From Octopus sinensis (Eukaryota): a DNA stretch of 64,000 nt. Position 1 is the first letter of the stretch. Every line of letters begins with the position of its first letter. The notes beneath the pieces are model-generated. The model was given only the letters and a program-made list of their open reading frames with translations, was not told the DNA's origin and made no database searches. The DNA lies in assembly GCF_006345805.1 (NCBI RefSeq), contig NC_043004.1, positions 53,320,001 to 53,384,000 on the forward strand. The letters run 5' to 3'. This document shows positions 40,059 to 53,633 of this stretch, piece by piece. Both the position numbers and the translations under genes were made by a program.

Positions 40059-40371
40059 AAGATTTACTTATTTGAACCTTTATTTTCTTAAGAAGAAATT
40101 ATTGTACATGTTGTGTGTGATGATATTTACGAATGAATGACTTCACAAGTAGAAAATTAAGGGAGATAATTGGTTATCATTATTATAGTTATTGTTTAGG
40201 GCAAGGTAGATAACTGTTCAGCTTTCGGAAAGGGGAGTATATATATATATATATATATACACACACAAAAGAAATATTTTTAAAAACTTGTTCAGTGAGG
40301 GGATTTATGTGCAGTGATGTAATCGTGAATTGAAATATGTGAACTTAGCATATATACTTTATACAAACCTT

Positions 40372-40780
40372 GGCGTAGGAGTGGCTGTGTGGTAAGTAGC
40401 TTGCTTACAAATCATATGGTTCCAGTTTCAGTCTCACTGCGTGGCATCTTGGGCAAGTGTCTTCTGCTATAGCCTCGAGTCGACCAAAGCCTTGTGAGTG
40501 GATTTGGTAGACGGAAACTGAAAGAGCCCGTCGTATATATGTGTAGATATATATATATATATATATATGTGTGTGTATGTTTGTGTGTTGTGTTTGCCCC
40601 CCTCCCCAACGACGCTTGACAACCGATGCTAGTGTGTTTACGTCCCCGTAACTTAGCGGTTTGGCAAATGAGACTGATAGAATAAGTACTTGGCTTACAA
40701 AGAATAAGTCATGGGGTCGATTTCCTCGACTAAAGGCGGTGCTCCAGCATGGCCGCAGACAGGTGACTGAAACAAGTAAA
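40372..40780 (+). mobile_element. SINE family C
   Basis: Collinear with 36771-37150. Confidence 0.9.
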
Positions 40781-41296
40781 TGAATGAATGAATATATAAC
40801 AGACGCGAGAGGGATCGAATGGTACAAAGTAAGCCAAAGAGAGACTTGTTACTTCGAGTCTTTTGTATGAAAAACGGTTTTCTGTGTTTACATATTTGAG
40901 TTTTGCGGGTGGAAGGTCTATTTCTTTCTATCTAGTAGTGTCAGGAGGCAGAGATTTTGTTAGAATCTAATTTACTTGATTAAGTGTCTTCCATAATATT
41001 GCAGTTGTGTTTCAAACTTGTTCATGTACTATTAATTTCAGTATGCAAGAAAATATGCGTTTACTTTGCATTCGTATGTGTTGATATAATACATATAACC
41101 CACAATCATGCATGCATACATAATTACATGCGTGCATCCATCCATACGTTCATACATACATATGTATATACACATGTATGTGTGTATGTATTTCTATATG
41201 TATGTATGTATGCATACGAATGCATGTAGTATGCGGTGTAATAGACCGAAAGCAATGAGAACTTCACTTGGTCAATCAAAATACTAAAATATATTT

Positions 41297-41527
41297 TTTC
41301 TTTACTACCCAGAAGGGGCTAAACACAGAGGGGATGAACAAGGATAGACAAACGGACTAAATCGATTACATCAACCCCAGTGCGTAACTGGTACTTAATT
41401 TATCGACCACGAAAGGATGAAAGGCAAAGTCGACCTCGGCGGAATTTGAACTCAGAACGTAACGGCTGACGAAATACGGCTACGCATTTCGCCCGGCGTG
41501 CTAACAGTTCTGCCAGCTCGCCGCCTT
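41297..41527 (-). mobile_element. SINE family B, alternative-tail subfamily
   Basis: Reverse complement aligns to 25450-25680. Confidence 0.85.
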
Positions 41528-42215
41528 AATACTAATATATATATGCTAAAATATAGTTCACGATAAATCATCTCTACTCTTGATCAAGAAAAGAATCCAA
41601 GAGTATTATAACAGATATATCATACTTGCTTTTAGTGTCTGCTGCTTAATGACTGGAAGAACTGCCATGTGGGGATAGATTGCATTTGATACATATTTAG
41701 TTAGTTCCATATTTTTTTTCCGTATTTTCCTGAAAACTCCTACCAATTGCTTTGGAACAGTAAATATCCAGAAAGCTCTTCTCATCATTTGTATTACTTC
41801 ATAGACTTACATTGAGAATGCAGTGGTGTGTTTCGTTGTCGCTTAATCACAAGCAGGACCAGTGCAACTTGTATAGTCAAACATAAACAGCAATGTAATT
41901 TCATTAAATTTTGCTGTAATTCAGTAAATAAGTTGGATACCATGTGAAATAAAATTTTTATCGTGCTGAAAGTTATTAAAGGGGTAACATAGCTTCTGAA
42001 GCGTTATTCTCTGTTTCTGTCAATCTTACTCGTGCATGCCTATGCACATACGTACATGCTCATCACAAACTTACGTATAAATGTACATACACGCGCGCAC
42101 ACAAACACATACACACATATACAAAGAGACACACACACATACACACACATATATGTATATATATATATGATTTTTCCCTGTAAATTTGGATTTATTCCCT
42201 AATATTTATTATTAT

Positions 42216-42254
<39 letters not shown>

Positions 42255-42255
<1 letters not shown>

Positions 42256-42420
42256 GTATATCGGGGGAGTTTACGAAAGAAACAAAAGACGAAGACAGGT
42301 GGTGTACAAAACAAACAAATGTATTAGTATAACGCTCAGGAATAGAAAAAAAGTCTTTTACGTTTCGAGCCTACCCTCTTCTACAGAAAGGGACACAGAA
42401 AAAACAAAGAGAATGTATAT
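42255..42420 (-). mobile_element. Short HHR-headed dispersed element (family D); HHR-like motif 42355-42390
   Basis: Minus: CTTT-CTGTAGA-A-GAGG-GTAG-GCTC-GAAA-CG-TA-AAAG; homologous copies at 53450-53585 (minus) and 56085-56215 (plus). Confidence 0.75.
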
Positions 42421-43084
42421 ATATATGTGTGCGTATATATGTGTATACACGCACGCACCCACCCACAAGGCCACACACACTCATATATACATATATATAT
42501 ATATGAATACATACACTTACATATAAATATATGCACATACTGGCATATATTTGTACGTGTATATATATTCATGCATGCTTACATATAGACCTATATACAT
42601 ACACACATATATAAATACATACATACATACATGCGTGCGAACGTACCTACATACATAAGATTAGTAGAACAACAGAAGAGCCAGAATTCCGAACAATATA
42701 TCTATAATACTTGTAATTGGTTATTCAAAGGCCGAGAGTTTCGCGTACGACAATTGTCAACACGAAACATTCATTTTTTGCCTTAGTTTTCTAAATATTT
42801 GCCAATTTAAGATTTTAAAGATATGTACATATATAGAGGGTTGGCCAAAAGTCATCTGACAGTAGATCGAAACCATTTAATTCCAAGATTAAAACAAAAA
42901 ATTATTTATATTAGATTTCACTAATAAATAAACCAGTACTCAATTATTAAACATTCATCATTGGAAAGAATAAATAAGATTTGGTATTAAGTATTTATGG
43001 AATTTTGATTAACTGTCTAGTGAATTTTGGCCACAACTATATATATATACATACATATGTATATATATATGTATATATGTATAC

Positions 43085-43124
<40 letters not shown>

Positions 43125-43155
43125 ATGTGTGTGTATGTGTATATATATATATGTG

Positions 43156-43191
<36 letters not shown>

Positions 43192-43208
43192 TAGAGAGAT
43201 AGATAGAG

Positions 43209-43273
<65 letters not shown>

Positions 43274-44699
43274 CGAGCGTGTCTTAATGTGTGTTTGTGT
43301 GTGTGTGTATGTGATTAGTGCGAACGCAGTTAACGTCTCACTTTTCATTGCAAACGCTCACAGAACCAAACAGACAACCCTACTGTATGACATCACACAC
43401 ATCCCGTGAATGGAAAGAATCGAAAAATCTAAATATCCACAAACCCAAGAAAGGTTATTTGTCAGGAATTATCAACAGCAACTAAAACAAAAACAGCAGT
43501 AACAACGAGAGCGACGAACGTTGAAATAAACGACTCTAGAAACGAAATAAATAAAGAAATAATTATATGAATAAATATATCAGATATATCAATGGCGGAA
43601 GTAAATAAACAGTTGAATTTCTTGTCATTTCCGTTGTAATATGTTATGTGACTTATTAGGAAATAATGTGTGCAACGATGTGTATCTAGTTTCTCAACTT
43701 GTTGTGTTGGCATCTGCCAAATATTGACATATTTGTTAGTTTGTCTTTTGTTTTACAATTAAACATTGTTGTAGCCAATACATACTGTATACAAACACTC
43801 ATACGTATACTCCCGTAGAGAAGCAAGCTCACAAACGAATACCAATATATATTCATATGCGCGTATATGTGTGTATTTATGTGTGTATTCATGTACACAT
43901 AAACATGTATATATAATTAAGATTCAGTTCAATTGTGTATTTAATTTGAAGTACCAACTCACTCCTGTATTATCCGCACACCTCGAGGTAAGGGGAAAAA
44001 TCAAAATAAGCAACAGGAAATCAAATATTAATGCAGTACGACCGTTTCAAGCGTCTCTATTTAATTGAACAATGCAGTCATTACATCAATTTAAATGCAA
44101 CGCTATCTTAAGCTGCACAAATAAAGAAATGGAGTTTTAACAAGTGGGACATATTAATGTAATTGTTCTTAAATATTTTAACAGAGTAAGAAGATGGAAA
44201 AAATTCATGTTGTCAGTATTGTAGCTAAGAATAGACTACAACTTCTAAGAATCGCATGGAGCATGTTGGGGTCATAGGGTAGTAAGTGTTGTAATTCATT
44301 TATCTCTTTATCAACTACTGAACCTGCGACTAGAAAACTGTGTCTGTTTTGAATAAAGGACAAGAGTAAGTTGACAGCTCCTGGGTAGGTATGGTCATGA
44401 ATATTATCATATTAATCCATTTTTCTCCAGGAAGAAAATAAAACATTATTAGTAGTCAGTTGGATATAAGTAACTGTCTATAAAATGAGGCAGAGTTGGG
44501 GTAGACTTTAAATCATGATGTTAATTACCAGTTAAAGGAGCAAGACACTAAGAAACCTAAGATGTTAATACAGAGGAAATTATATTTAGGGGCACTAAGG
44601 GGGAATGTCTATAGTCAATATTAAGTTGTATAAAAATCAAGATTTATGTATCTATGTACATATATAATTCTAACTTTGCAGCATTTGACATTCAGTGAG

Positions 44700-45900
44700 A
44701 AGAGGATGGCGAAGGACATTATGGCAGCCCTTTATTTTATGGGTTTAGATCCTGGGCTATAGGAGATGCGGTCCTTAAACATTCTGTCTGCCAAAGGCTC
44801 GTTGCAATAGGAACCTGCAGTGTAGAAAATGGCATTATTCGAGGATATTTTCGATATCCTTTTATTGACATCCTTGACCATGATTTTAAATGCAATAGGG
44901 GGTTGGCAAGAGGCTATTTTACTATATATGACAAAATTTCGTTTGGTTTAAGATAGGACCTGTGCAAACATGTACCCAAAATGTTTATAACATCAAAAAA
45001 TTTAACTAAGGTATGGTTGATTTCAGTTTTAGCCTTAAGACCGAGGAACCTTAGTGTGTAAGTAACGTTCTTCCTAAGCTTATTCAAGGCGTGCCCATTT
45101 ACGCCTCACGTGAAGGCTAAAGTTTCATCTCTATTGACCAAAATAGACTGAGAGGAAATAATTCGTTAAAGTATCTAGTGCATATAATCGTATGAGATCG
45201 CACATATTCATGTTGTCGAATGTTCCTATCGATATGTCGTAGACGTCTACTGGGTCAGTTTGCTTGAACCAGACCGAACATTTGTTGAACAACAGGGTTT
45301 TCCTGTTATTCCTTAATACTGCTATATCCCTCTCACTAAAATCAATAAATTCCCTAGCACCCTAACTGGTTACCCTTTCAATATCGACAGTCAAAAATCC
45401 ACTGTATAGAACTAGGTGAACAGGTGTCCTACCTCAACCCTGGCTTATCTTAAACCAATCAAATAACTTCGTTGGTATTATGCATAAGGTGAGACTGGAT
45501 GCCCTCCTTATGTTATCGTTCATCATTCTCAAAATATGCTTGCTCATCAGTGATTTGTCTTCCAATATACCTGGATTAATCAGGCTTTTCCTAGATTGTT
45601 CGCTAACTGTTTGGTTTCGTTGTTTATGCTATTTTATGTGAGCTGGAAGCTTGTCTATAAGTTTATGTGATGCTATTCTCTAACAGCCTATGTTACATCA
45701 TGGTACTTGCTATATGTAGGGTGACAGCCCAATCTGAATTTTGAAGGAGGGGTACATAAGAAGAAAGCTGGCGTTGAAAAAAAAGAATCGGTGTTACAGA
45801 AAAGCAGTCTCGAGTTGATAGGTAGTATGTCCGTTTGGTGTGCTCAAGGGTTTTGATTCTAGGAAGGAAGCTTTTGCATCTGATGTTGTAATTGATGACC
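44700..45900 (-). mobile_element. Decayed Penelope-like element reverse transcriptase
   Basis: Manual translation: LLENSIT*TYRQ; SLINPG...MSKHILRMMNDNIRR...LFDWFK; FSERDIAVLRNNRKTLLFNKCSVWFKQTD..VYDISIGTFDNMNMCDLIRLY; LVNRDETLAF (YRDD position, 45124-45135); FLGLKAKTEINHTLVKFFDV; YLKPNE..YI; PPIAFKIMVKDVNKRISKISSNNAIF. These are collinear with recalled marine-invertebrate PLE RT motifs (RLINP, FDVTMGSFDGAEVCELVGLY, YRDDGL, GLKITI..N...VNFLDV, Y.KPN..P.YI, SNHPP). Confidence 0.8.
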
Positions 45901-46729
45901 TCCTAGGGCGGTATAGTTTGGTCTTAGGAATATTCCTTCCATCTCATGCGACTCATTATGTCGATGACCTTCTCGAATATCCGTTTGGAATCCTCCCACA
46001 GAGTTCGCTTCATGGTGTGGAAATATAGAGTAACCAACATCGTATACTTCCAAGTCCGCAAAGAAAGTATATTTTCTGACTATGTATATGCGCACAACAG
46101 ACGCAGCTATAAATCACAACCCACGTGATGGCCTATTTCTATACAAATCTGCGACCGGGTGCGTGGAGAATTTACCAGTTGTCCATGAGTCCTAAAAAAT
46201 AACATTCTCAAACCTTCTTGGAAATATCTCATGTAGTCGTTAGTTATAGCCGGTCAGAAAAAGACCATTGATTTCACGACTTTTAATGCACTTGAGAATG
46301 TGGGTGACGCATGACCCCTGCTGCTCGGAAACAAATGACCGCTTAGTTATCTTGATAGTAAAATAATATAAAAAAGAACACCGCTCAAAATATTCTGCAA
46401 TGAAACTTTTCTGGGAGAGAAGGTGTTACCTCCCGTCGAACGACATCTACCATCTATCCTACTATGTTTTACTAAAATGTGCATGTACTATCTAAGTTTT
46501 CAATTGTTTTATACCGAAACGTTAAGTTTGTGTGCATATGTGAGAGTATGTAACATATACACAGACACACATACATTACTACTGGTACGTCTGTCGTTGT
46601 CGATGATAATCGAGGATCCCACGGCGATGACGGAGATGAGTCACGATATGTTCAGCTATGAATATTCAGTCCGATGCATTCTAGGAAGGCTTTGACAACG
46701 TTCGGGCACATGTGATCTGTTAGGATTGA

Positions 46730-47090
46730 AGACAAAGAGTTAGCTTTGGACTTGCGCAGTTCGCATATCCTTCGAGCTCCTGCAATCTTGTTTCGTTTGT
46801 GGAAGGTGGAACTACAGTTGGTGCACCTTCACCAGGTAGAGCAGTCTTGTGCAAGGGGTTAATCTCAAAAATCATCCGTGAGGCTCTGAGCGTATCCTTA
46901 AAGCGCTTTTTTCTATTCACCTCACGTGCGCTTGCCTCTTGCCTCTTGGCTGTAAAAGCAGATCATAGGGAGGGGTGTGTGAAGCATTCGAACAAGGTGG
47001 CCTACTCACCTAACTAGCGCTCTCCTTAGCAGCGTGTTAATGCTTGGCAGATTAGCTTGAGAGGATGCCTCTTGCTTCAATGCGCTATTA
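46730..47090 (-). mobile_element. Decayed RTE/BovB-type LINE 3' fragment
   Basis: ANLPSINTLLRRALVR*VGHLVRM..TPLPMICFYSQEARGKRAREVNRKKRFKDTLRAS, resembling LPSI..LL....LRW.GH..RM...RLPK..FYGEL..GKR..GGQKKRFKDTLKASL. Confidence 0.8.
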
Positions 47091-47225
47091 CTGCCTCAAG
47101 TCGCTATTTCTGCTACTCCAAAAGGAGTTTTTGGTCTTGTACTTTTCTGAAATGGATAAATGTCGCACCAGTAAAAAGTTCAAATGGTACTAGAACGTAT
47201 TTCGTATATATATATATATATATAT

Positions 47226-47844
47226 ATATTCAAAGTTGGCTCTCTTATATTTACGGATAAATATGAATGTGTATCCACGGTTTATTGTGCTAGGTCGCTC
47301 GGTGTTAAAATAAGGGTATTATTGAATTAATATCTATAATTTTATTCACCCTCATTATTGAATTTATTAATTTGATACGCTGCACTAAATATTACATGCG
47401 GTATACACTTCCACTTAGCATTTACTTTCGGCGGGGAATTCGTAACTACAACCCTGAATGTAATTGACCAGACCACACGGTTAATCGTCGCCTGTATCGG
47501 TCTGATTAATTATATTTACAAATGTTGCTGACGAATCATAGACAATTATGTAAGTAGAATCTGCATATTTTGTTAATGAGGAAACAATTGTACAACTTTA
47601 ATCCATTATTTAGTTGTATTTCAATTTCATTGCGTTGATTGTAGTGCTATTTCTATGTGGAATTATCGTTGGCGACTACCGGTGGAGCTATTTCTAGCAC
47701 TAGAGTTAACATATTCAAAGTTGGCTCTCTTATATTTACGGATAAATATGAATTTGTATCCCCGGTTTATTGTGCTAGGTCGCTCGGTGTTAAAATAAGG
47801 GTATTATTGAATTAATATCTATAATTTTATTCACCCTCATTATT
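47226..47844 (+). repeat. Partial tandem repeat, 485-bp period (134-bp direct repeats at 47226-47359 and 47711-47844), containing an HHR and flanked by (TA)n
   Basis: Direct comparison of the two 134-bp blocks (two or so substitutions). Confidence 0.9.
47524..47596 (+). ncRNA. Type-I hammerhead motif
   Basis: GTTG-CTGACGA-A-TCAT..36 nt..ATGA-G-GAAA-CAATTG-TA^-CAAC; palindromic stem III ACAATTGT. Confidence 0.8.
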
Positions 47845-47860
47845 AAATGTATATATATAT

Positions 47861-47892
<32 letters not shown>

Positions 47893-48073
47893 GTATTGGA
47901 AGGTTTGGAGATGATGTACAGGTATTTTGTATTAGAAGAAATGAGGTACTCAGAAATTCGGATGCTTTTAATATTTAAAGATATTTATTTGTATATTACA
48001 TGTTTTTATACATCATATAACTTAGATCATATATTAGCGCTTTCTCCCATTCTAGTGAGGTTTTCATGTATAT

Positions 48074-48136
<63 letters not shown>

Positions 48137-48259
48137 TTATATATATATATGTATGTATATATATATATATTTGTGCGTGTATGTATGTATATAGATGCCT
48201 ACACTCCCACATACACCCACACCCATGCATGTACGCACAGGCATAAAGATACATGTGTG

Positions 48260-48303
<44 letters not shown>

Positions 48304-48948
48304 TATGTATGTATGCATGTATGTATATATCTTGCATAAGATATTTCAATCTATTTCCCTAGAACAAATTTCAAATACAAACGGAAGTTGCTGATGAGAA
48401 AACATGTAGTAAAACTGGAGCACAGTGATATGCTGAGCATATAATAAACGTTTGTTGTCTGAGGTGAAATTCAAACCCCATTGGAACATTTAGCTTCATT
48501 ACAATAGGGCTTTTGGTTCATATTTCCATCTATGTTTTTTTTGTATGCTTCATTTGAAACGTTCGCAAGCATAAATACTGCGCTGAAAATGGCATAGTTA
48601 GAAACTTTTATTTTTCTGAATGTAATTTCAATGTTACAGATGGTTGACAGGATTTCGAATTGAACAATTAATGAAGGCAATCTCTGTCAGCAGTATTTGT
48701 TTTTTTTGCGAGAATCATCTGTTTTCACTATTAAATTTGAAAGTATTGCTCACGTGCACCACAACCTGTCAAAAGTGTGTATAAAGGATATGCAGTAATG
48801 TTCAAATATCTGGGAAGTGAATTAATTTAGGCAAGCCTAAAATTATTGCCTTTACCGCGCATGATTTCCTTGTTGGTATATCAGTGCTTCTTATATATAT
48901 ATATACATATACATCCATCGATCGATCCACCCATCCATCCATACATAC

Positions 48949-48977
<29 letters not shown>

Positions 48978-48979
<2 letters not shown>

Positions 48980-49064
48980 CGCTGATGAGAAAAGAAGTTG
49001 GGTAAGACATAATTATCTAATTCTTATGCTTTCTTAAAACTTAATTTCGAAACGTACGTCCGTA
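48978..49064 (+). ncRNA. Type-I hammerhead motif with canonical core
   Basis: TACG-CTGATGA-GAAA..long imperfect stem II..TTTC-GAAA-CGTACG-TC^-CGTA(GG). Stem III ACGTACGT. The second unit supplies CCTACG, which would give a 6-bp stem I in the consensus. Confidence 0.88.
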
Positions 49065-49828
49065 GGTGACTTAAAATTGTATGATAGATTGCCGTCATTT
49101 CTTTCTCTCTTGCCTGTCTGTGTTTGCCTTTCAAGTGCTGTGGTTTTACTGAGATCTCCCTTTTAGTAGAAAGAATAGCTATAACTCTTTGACTGCTATT
49201 TCTAAATTCGGTGTGGGGTGAGGCAAATCGTTGCTAAACCCTTAATTACTTAGTATTACTTAAACTTTCCTCGAATGAGGCTTTTACATGCCGAAATCTA
49301 CTTGGTGAAATTAATGATTATTCCGAATTAATTAATTTCACCCTATATTATTACTGATAACCATATTTTATCCCAGTAAATGACCACAACATCTTGTCTT
49401 GGCTACACGCTGGTGGGAAGGGTTTGGTGACACAAACTTTCATTCACACTTTGAATTTGGTGATACTGGTAACGGTTTTAGCTCGCTCTGATACTGAGTT
49501 GAGATGATGCCTTCTAGTATCTCGAAATTTAATATACAATTATTCATAATTGTAGTGTCCTACGCTGATGAGAAAAGAAGTTGGGTAAGACATAATTATT
49601 TAATTCTTATCCTTTCCTAAAACTTAATTTCGAAACGTATGATAGATTTCGAAATTGTATGATAGATTGCCGTCATTTCTTTCTCTCTTGCCTGTCTGTG
49701 TTTGCCTTTCAAGTGCTGTGGTTTTACTGAGATCTCCTTTTAGTAGAAAGAATAGCTATAACTCTTTGACTGCTATTTCTAATTCGGTGTGTGGTGAGGC
49801 AAATCGTTGCTAAACCCTTAATTACTTA

Positions 49829-49832
<4 letters not shown>
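48978..49832 (+). repeat. Partial tandem repeat, 583-bp period (48978-49256 and 49561-49832), each unit starting with an HHR, flanked by (TA)n
   Basis: CTGATGAG at 48982 and 49565; the ~275-bp blocks are near-identical apart from the cleavage-site region. Confidence 0.92.
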
Positions 49833-49915
<83 letters not shown>

Positions 49916-51857
49916 GTATATATACATTTACACGCATCAATGAACTGATGTTTGTATGCTTGTATGCTTGTATGGGTATATTTGTGGCAAGGACTCGTAC
50001 GTTATTTTATTGATCAGTATCGTTGGAAGCGTACGACTTAGAAGAAATTTACGAGCGGCTGCTTCACTACGAGTTTTCACCTAGTGACCATTACACTATA
50101 TCATCAAAATCCTACATAAACATGTACAGTGTGTAGAGTGTATACCGTTCTTCTTGCTATAAATTCACAACTAGCAACGACATACACATGTGCGTGTATA
50201 TATATATATACATATGTATGTATGTATGTATATGTATGTATATAATATGAAGCACTGATATACCAACAAGGAAATCATGCGCGGTAAAGACAATAATTTT
50301 AGGCTTGCCTAAATGAATTTGACACTTATAAAAGACAACAATGCACATGATCACAAGCGGTTAATCATGTTTTTCAAAGTTTGACAGACTCTTGATTGAG
50401 CAGGTATAAATGGTTGAGCAACGTTATAAATTGTTGATATAGAAATATATAAGAAGTTTTGGAAATACGCGGTCATATATATTTGGGCGAATTATGCGCC
50501 TTCATGTGTATACTTACTCTCAAATTAAACATGTATATTTCTGTTGCCTATTTACTTTTAACTGATCTCTATATGACAACCAAATCTATATACAGTTATG
50601 TGGATTAGCGCGTAAAATAGTTTCGACTGTTACTCTTCTCGCACTAAATTTTCCTCCCCACCGATACATTAGGAATCTTCAGTTAATTTTTTTAACTGTA
50701 TGTGCAAAATAATTCAATATCTCTCTATTTCAGAGAACATCGCCAAAACATGTCTATGCATTTTAATATTGAAAAAAAAATTTAGAGAAAACTTCGTTTT
50801 AATTATTTAAAAATGGAAATATTTACATAACTAAAAAAAATATTCAAAAATTTAAATACTTTGTTTCTGAAAAATGTGTACCGAAATTAAAAATGCACTT
50901 TAAAAATATTAAAACTGCTAATGCCAATTTGAAGCTACCCAAACTTGTTTTAACAAACATCTAGTCATTGGAACGCAAGGTCACCAATCTTTGATCCTTT
51001 TTAACTTTGGATTCCCAGAAGGAAGACATGTTTCTTGTGTTTTATTAATGTTGCTGTTGCTGTTGCCGTTATCTTTGTTGCTCTTGTTAGTTTAGTCAAA
51101 ACATTAAACATCAGATATTTCTCCAATTTCATACATGATTCATGGACATCATAAACAATATTACATTATTAACGTGCAGGAAATAATTTTTAAAACATAT
51201 TGCTACAACAATAATTGTAATAAGAACAACAGCAAATGATTAACATTCAACGAATATCATAGCTAGTTGCACAACAGCCTCACTAAATTCTTTTCTTTCT
51301 TTTTTCCTTCTTATCTTTCTTTCTTTCTTTCTTGTCCCACTCCTAGGTTTTGTTTTAAAATTCTATCCATCCATTCATAATAATGACAGCTAAATTTAAT
51401 TTCCATCCAATCCCAAAGATTCCAACTAATTCCTCAAAGGAAATTCCTCATTGTCTTTGGCAAAAATTTCTTTACGTGATGTGAAATCGATTTATGTAAA
51501 AGGCAGCCATCATACTACAAAACAATGGCGCACAGACATATGCATAAATACTCTTGCATATGCCAAAGTATAAACACGTAAACGCATCGAAGAACGATTA
51601 CGTATCAAAAGAAGAGAATAAATATGCGGGAATGGAAACAAACATGCACGTTAGCACGTTCGGAAAAATGTGTAAAACGAGGAAACTCTCTTTAAAGAAG
51701 ATAGACGAGAATAGAAATAATTACCATACAAACATATATGCACACACACACACACGCACCTTTATATTGATATACGTATACATATATATACACACACACA
51801 CACACACATATAAAAAAAAATATATATATATACAATTTTTATTCTTTTACTCGTTTC

Positions 51858-51938
<81 letters not shown>

Positions 51939-51939
51939 A

Positions 51940-52105
51940 TATAGTTAATCCAAACAAGAAAACACAGAGAAAAACACAGCAACGCGAGGACGTGGAACAA
52001 TTAAAGTATTATTTGACGCTCAGGAAAGAAGGGAAGGAGTGTTTAACGTTTCGAGCGGAGCTCTTCGTCGGAAACAAGGAGAAGGAAAGATCCCGAGAAG
52101 GGAAG
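51940..52105 (-). mobile_element. Short HHR-headed dispersed element (family E); HHR motif 52040-52076
   Basis: Minus: TGTTT-CCGACGA-A-GAGC-TCC-GCTC-GAAA-CG-TT^-AAACA; diverged copies at 54400-54550 (plus) and 63600-63690 (minus). Confidence 0.75.
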
Positions 52106-52699
52106 ACAGAGGATAAAAATATATTTGCTGGTGGTGCTCAAGAGATCACATGTTGAAAGAACAGAAGTTGAAAGGTAGACGAATCATGATTTTTAAAACC
52201 AAGAGAGTTTCAAAGACAAGGAATGTGTATGGGTGCGTGTGTGTGTGTGCAAGGATGACAAGTGTGTTTGTGCGTGCGTGCGTGTGTGTATGTATGGTGA
52301 ATAATAGGCATAGCAAGCTAGCTGTCATAAAGGAGTGGCACTTGTTTGTATCCAGCCAGGTAAAAAAACAAAGGGGTATATGTGTTTGCGTGTAAGTATA
52401 TGTATCATGTGTGTGTGTTGTTTGTAGTGTGTGTGTGTGCATGTGTGTGTTCGTGTGTGTATGCGTAGAGTTTGGGTGTGTGGCGGGTAACCGTGCTTAA
52501 CCTAGCGTATGTGTGCGTGTGTGCTTGTACGTGCGTGTGTGTGTGTAGGGATGTATGTGTGGGTTCATTTGTGTGAGTGTGTATGTGTACGTGCGCGGAT
52601 AGGTGTATATTGTGTATACACATCTGTCGGTGTGTATGTGAATTTGTGTGTGTTTGTACGTGTGTATGTGTGTGTGTGCGTGTATAGTATATATATGTA

Positions 52700-53455
52700 A
52701 ATGTGTGTGTGTGTGTGTGTGTGTACGTGCATGGGAGTGAATGTATGTATATATATGTGTGCGGGTGTGTACAATGTAGAGGCTTATATGCGTGTTTATA
52801 TGTTTATATGTGTGTATGTATGTATGTATGTGTGTATGTGTGTAAGTGTGTGTGTGAATGTATGTGTGTGTATGTATGTGTATGTATGTATGTGTGCATG
52901 CGTGTATGTGTGTGTATGTATGTATGTATATGTATGTGTATGTATGTATCTATGTATGTATGTGTGTACGTATGTGTGTGTATGTTTGTATGTGTGTATG
53001 TGTGTATGTGTATGTGTATGTATGTGTGTATATGTATGCGTGTGTGTATGTATGTATGTGTGTATGTGTGTATGTATGTATGTATGTGTGTATGTATGTA
53101 TGTGTGTGTATGTGTGTATATGTGTGTGTATGTATGTGTGTGTATGTATGTGTGTGTATGTATGTATGTGTGCCTGCGTGTATGTGTGAATGTTTGTGTA
53201 TGTATGTATGTATATGTATGTATGTATGTATCTATGTATGTATGTATGTATGTGTATCTATGTATGTGTGTATGTGTGTATGTGTGTATGTGTATGTATG
53301 TATGTATATGTATGCGTGTGTGTATGTATGTATGTGTGTATGTGTGTGTATGTGTGTATGTTTGTATGTATGTATGCATGTGTGTGTATGTATTTGTGTG
53401 TATGTATGTATGTACGTATGTATGTATGTGTGTGTATGTGTGTAAGTGTGTGTGA
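52700..53455. repeat. ~750-bp compound (TG)n/(TATG)n microsatellite field
   Basis: Almost purely TG/TATG units; source of the Cys/Val/Met/Tyr and His/Thr/Ile ORFs. Confidence 0.95.
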
Positions 53456-53633
53456 AGACAGGTGGTGTACAAAACAAATAGATGTATTATTATAACACTC
53501 AGGAATAGAAAATTCTTTTACATTTCGAGCCTACACTCTTCTACAGAAAGGAACACTGAAAAAACAAGGAGAGAAAAAAATCTCTGTAGTGGCTAACGAT
53601 CTATCATTTATATATATATATATTTATATATTT

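Noticed and set aside
42730-42775. TTGACAA...GAAA-CTC-TC (minus), and a similar motif at 20764 (+)
   Set aside because: No stem II, non-palindromic stem III and no stem I pairing.
48387-48570. GTTG-CTGATGA-GAAAAC... as a hammerhead
   Set aside because: There is no GAAA/stem III/NUH followed by a strand complementary to GTTG at a plausible position.
51554-52156. 200-aa ORF
   Set aside because: Runs through (CA)n, (TC)n and (TA)n tracts and the antisense of a family E element; not gene-like.
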